A stretch of DNA of 64,000 bases. It comes from Podarcis pityusensis. Its lineage: Eukaryota. The position numbers were made by a program, and so were the translations under genes. The stretch is taken from NCBI GenBank assembly GCA_964106645.2, contig OZ067044.1, one strand, 5' to 3'. Shown in pieces: positions 63,317 through 64,000 of this stretch (position 1 is its first letter; each line of letters starts with the position of its first letter). Below the pieces are notes generated by a model, which did not search any database, was not told the DNA's origin, and saw only the letters and a list, made by a program, of their open reading frames with translations.

Positions 63317-63574
63317 CAGTGTTACCTCGGGTTAATAACTTAATTCGTTCTGGAGGTCCGTTCTTAACCTGAAACTGTTCTTAACCTGAAGCACCACTTT
63401 AGCTAATGGGGCCTCCTGCTGCTGCCGCGCTGCCAGAGCACGATTTCTGTTCTCATCCTGAAGCAAAGTTCTTAACCCGAGGTACTATTTCTGGGTTAGC
63501 GGAGTCTGTAACCTGAAGCGTCTGTAACCTGAAGCGTCTGTAACCTGAAGCGTATGTAACCCGAGGTACCACTG
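63317..63574. mobile_element. Tc1/mariner MITE, same family as 18576-18809
   Basis: TIRs CAGTG(T/G)TACCTCGGGTTA, TA TSD; internal 16-bp tandem TCTGTAACCTGAAGCG x3 at ~63505-63552. Confidence 0.9.
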
Positions 63575-64000
63575 TACACTGATGTACAACAATTTCTAGG
63601 ATGGAGCAGTGCTTAAGCTGAGCCCTTCCCTTCTTCAGCTGCAGCTAAATCATAGATTTACCCTCCAACGGGTTGAGCAACAGTCTCAAAGCATTGCTCT
63701 TGCCCTTGCTTGCCCCTACCTGCTCACTCCTGCATCTCTACCCACCCTGTTCAACTGGCCAGCACTCAAGGCAACTGATCACCTTCCTATCCTGCTTCCC
63801 TGCCAGTGGGAGTTCTTAGCAGCTGGTATTGGAAACATTATACACATCCCATTTATGATCACAGGTAGCTGTTTCCATTATGCAACAGTAGAGTGCCTAT
63901 CAGTTAAATAATTGCTGGAATATGTAAAACTGGCTGACAGTGTATCAGACCATTAGCCCATCATTGACTACTCCAACAGGCAGCAAGTCAAAGACCTTGG

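Noticed and set aside
63505-63560. 16-bp tandem direct repeats resembling a CRISPR-like array
   Set aside because: No spacers, inside a MITE, eukaryotic DNA.

Overview
Vertebrate (squamate, probably lacertid lizard, judged from the repeat landscape) genomic DNA holding the 3' end of the clustered protocadherin-gamma locus on the minus strand. In transcription order there are five intact C-type variable exons: PCDHGC3 (60409-57965), a divergent C4-like exon (49984-47534), PCDHGC5 (46004-43554), and two further C-type exons (42427-39989, 39120-36685) at a position where human and mouse have none. Each ends in a phase-0 GT donor compatible with three shared constant exons (59 bp, 89 bp, terminal exon with a poly-Ala expansion). 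A ~2.7 kb 3' UTR ends near 11050. Between C3 and the C4-like exon is what appears to be a heavily decayed sixth C-type exon (~50700-52950) that the ORF track misses. Downstream of the poly(A) site is an unassigned CpG island with an RFX X-box, and no DIAPH1 3' end is recognisable. Introns and flanks carry Tc1/mariner-pogo MITEs, hAT MITEs, a hAT transposase relic, L2 and CR1 LINE fragments and microsatellites. Comparisons to mammalian proteins are from recall, not database searches.
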